Of a stretch of DNA of 64,000 nt, positions 60,918 to 64,000 are shown in pieces. Source of the stretch: Raja brachyura (lineage: Eukaryota); contig OY740800.1 of NCBI GenBank assembly GCA_963514005.1, positions 15,996,001 through 16,060,000 on the forward strand, in the 5' to 3' direction. Under the pieces are notes generated by a model. The model was not told the origin of the DNA and searched no databases. It was given only the letters and a program-made list of their open reading frames with translations. Within the stretch, counting starts at the first letter, position 1, and each line of letters opens with the position of its first letter. The position numbers were made by a program, and so were the translations under genes.

Positions 60918-61235
60918 ACACACTGGTTCAGCTGGTAGAGCCACTAGCTCACAGCGCTAGAGACCCGAGTTGGATCCTGACCTCTGCTGTAGTCTGTGTT
61001 GGGTTTGTATGTTCTCCCTGTGACATTTTGAATTTCCTCCAGGTGCTCAGGATTCCTCCCACAGCTCAACGACATGTGGGTTTGTAGGTTAATTGGACTC
61101 TTTAAGTTGCCCCGAGTGTGTAGGACTTGGATGCGATTGCAAAATAGGGACACCATAGAACTAGTGTGAAGGGGAGATCAATGGCCGGCATGGACATGGT
61201 TGGCTGAAGGGCCTGTTTCCATGCTGTATCTTTCA
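60918..61235 (+). mobile_element. V-SINE/HE1-like SINE (older copy)
   Basis: tRNA-like head, ctcccacagctcaacgacatg central domain, gaagggcctgtttccatgctgtat tail. Confidence 0.78.
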
Positions 61236-61989
61236 ATAAATGTCCTAACAGTCAGTTGTTGTTGTTGTCAGTGAATGGTGAGAATTTCCATCATGCAATG
61301 TTCATCGTGCTTATTTACACATGTTTTTAAAAAGCAACTGCTGGAGTTTACTGCTCCAATGTTTTTTTGTAAACCAGCATCTGCAGTTCCTTGTTTTTCA
61401 TTTAACTGCTGGAGGAACCCAGCAGGTCAGGCAGCATCTGTGCTACTGCTCATTCCATTGAGTTCATCCAGCAGTTTGCTATTTGCTCCATCTTCCAGTC
61501 TGTTGTATCTCTTGTATACAAGAGTATTGTTACAGTTTGGGAGGAATTGCAAAAATATTTTTGCGACTAGTTTCCGTGTATTTGTTCAATTATGTTTAGA
61601 CCAAACTTTAATCAAATATGTTTAATCAATACGTCCAAAGAGGTATTCCTCCAATCGGTTTTCTCCCATATCCCAAAGACGTGCATGTTTGTAGGTTAAT
61701 TGGCTTTTGTAAATTGTTCCTATTGTGTACAATAGAATGAGTGTATCGGTGATTGCTGGCTGGTGTGGACTTGGTGGGCCTGTTTCCACCCCATATCTCC
61801 AAAACTAAAGAGAATTTTCCTTGGACACCCAAGCAGCTAAATTTGAAAAACTCAGTAAGTGTTACAAAGGTTGTGTTGTGTGACTGACCCATGTCTGTAG
61901 ATTACGATGCAGGTTTGTGTTGCCTGCGGATTTGGTAGTCGCAAACTTTCAGCTGATTTGAAGGATAAGCAAACCAAAATCAGCATCTT

Positions 61990-62460
61990 CTCCAAGATAA
62001 ACATCCCTAGATTGAGATCCTAAACCACTCTCAGTCACGACATTGAGTTGGCTTTCTTGTTTGAGTAATCCATACTCCCAAATCATTCACTGTTCCGTGC
62101 TCTGTTGTGGGAGGACATTGCTGGGTGGACAGAGAAGAAGTTTCAAGGATGTGCTCATATGGAAAATTCTTGAAAAATTGCAACATCCACACTGATCCCA
62201 GGAAATCTCTGATCCATGATCACTCAAAGTGGAGAAGGAGCATTCAGGGAGGCCTTGAAAACTTTGGGACCATACTGGAGAACATACCGTGCTGGAGAAC
62301 ATACAAGCCCTAAATAAGTGGTAGAAGGAGTGCAGCACCACACAAACCCCACCCATTCCTCTGTTCCATCTGATACCTCTTGCCCACTGAAAGATTCTAC
62401 AGTTTGGTCATCGGTCATGGAAGTGGGTCATCCTCGAACTCAGAGGACTGGATGAGAAGA
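61990..62460 (+). mobile_element. Degraded RTE-type LINE 3' fragment; related debris at ~47470-47630 and 48760-49270
   Basis: LKNCNIHTDPRKSLIHDHSKWRRSIQGGLENF resembles the RTE ORF C-terminus. Confidence 0.5.
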
Positions 62461-63857
62461 AGGGAAAAAAAGTAGGATCAATTAGCAGGAGGACATTGTG
62501 AGAAGCATGAGACCAGAAACTGACCCGGAGTAGCCATGTGGGAACAAGAGCACTCAAGGACTAGGAATCCTGAGATGAGTAACTCACTTCCTAACTCCCT
62601 AAAGCCTTTCCATCATCTACAAAACTCAAGTCAAGGTTGTGGCAACTACCCCCCACCCCATCCACGTTTGTCACTTGTTGTGCCCTACATGGCCTCTCCC
62701 AGTCATACTGTTTTCCGAAGGGGATGCCTATGAACACATCCTTGACTGCATTCAATTGCTTCATGCTGAAGCTTTGAGATCAGAAGAAAATTCTTCAGCA
62801 CCTGCCCCAAGAATCCCTGTAGACCTTTGAAACCAGAAACAACTGCACAAAGCATCAAGCAATTGTTGAGTTTTTCCAACAGCCATGAGCACCTATTTGC
62901 AGGTAGGTTGCTAATTGGTTTACGATCCCTTTGAATAGCACAACTGGGGAGTCCTTCAGCCATATGAGCTCAGCTAATGGTATCAGCTGCAGTGTTGTGC
63001 TCTGATTAGGCCGCTCTGTTGTACATTAGCTTCACAGACTGCTTGATGACTTCATCTGCCTCAAACAGATACAGAAAATGCTGGGAATATGTAGCAGATC
63101 AGGTCACATCTATGGGAAGAGAAACAGAGTGAACATTTCGGATTGGCAGCCTTTTGCTGGAACTGAAGAGGAGATGAGAAGCTTTAAAGCTTCTTTAATT
63201 CTGATGAAGATCTCTGACCTGATACATTGAATCTGTGTCTTTCCTTTACCTGATATATTGACTCTGTTTCTCTTCTCTCGAGTGCAACTTAAACTGCTGA
63301 GTACTTTCTGTTTTTGATGCCCCCTCATGTTACCTCGCTATCCGATGCTTTGGTGTTCTCACCTTCAAGACACCGGCAGGCCAATTGTGGCCTTCTAATA
63401 CAGGTTTCTAAATGCTTTGCTGTCTTTGGGCCATCTGTATATTTTGGGGCACGGTGAGAGTTATCTTCACTGTGTTTGTTCGCCTCATCCACTACACATT
63501 AACTACAGAGCAATGATCGGTATCGGCACCGGAGATGAGGAATTCCCTCACACATCACATGGAATAGTCAAAGGCTAGTTTATCACTAGCACCAACAACT
63601 GTCAATAAATGGAGCATCATCTGCTTCTTGGGGTTGTGGGACAAGCCTAACATAGACCAGAAATGGGAAGAATTCTTCTATTCCTGGGTTGTTACATTGC
63701 TAATGGTACGCATTACATGAACTTACTTAATGTGAAATATTTAAAAAATATAAGTGATCCTGTTTGTCATCTCATCTGTCCCAACAATCCTGTCCACCCA
63801 TACATCTGTCATAATGGAATTACAATGTAAGGGACCTAGGAGAGTGTAACGCTTGTA

Positions 63858-64000
63858 TACAAGGAATTGCAGATGTTAGTTTACAAAAATAGGCACAAAG
63901 TGCTGGAGTAACTCGGTTGGTCAGGCAGCATCCCTGAAGAACTCGAATGGGTGACATTTCGGGTCGGGACCCTTCTTGAGACTGATTGTAGGAGGTGGGG
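63858..64000 (-). repeat. Penelope-like terminal repeat, runs off the window end
   Basis: aaggaattgcagatg..gtgctggagtaactc..ggtgacatttcgggtcgggacccttctt. Confidence 0.6.

Overview
Eukaryotic, repeat-rich vertebrate DNA. The repeat repertoire (HE1/V-SINE-like tRNA SINEs, HER1/CR1 LINEs, Penelope-like hairpins) points to a cartilaginous fish, probably a skate or ray; this is an inference. The window lies inside a PTPRR (PTP-SL/PTPBR7) gene on the + strand. Three phase-0 coding exons (47212-47325, 50101-50256, 60733-60843) match the part of mammalian PTPRR from the ectodomain to the transmembrane helix, and the rest appears intronic. The most notable insert is a young 4.78-kb DIRS1-like tyrosine-recombinase retrotransposon (21184-25961) with gag, RT-RNaseH-adenine-methyltransferase pol, a recombinase, perfect terminal and internal complementary repeats, and TTT ends. 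Its recombinase ORF has no start codon of its own but can be joined in frame, by a GT-AG splice, to a 29-codon leader at the element's left end. Also present: seven Harbinger-type MITEs, two non-autonomous Helitrons, two TA-flanked DNA elements, internally deleted HERO-like retroelement copies, many Penelope-like repeats with a minimal hammerhead-like motif, CR1/Rex-Babar/RTE fragments, two candidate alternative PTPRR 5' exons, and a 178-N gap. Most ORFs in the supplied track are spurious or TE debris. Repeat family names come from recalled motifs, not database searches, and boundaries of degraded repeats are approximate.
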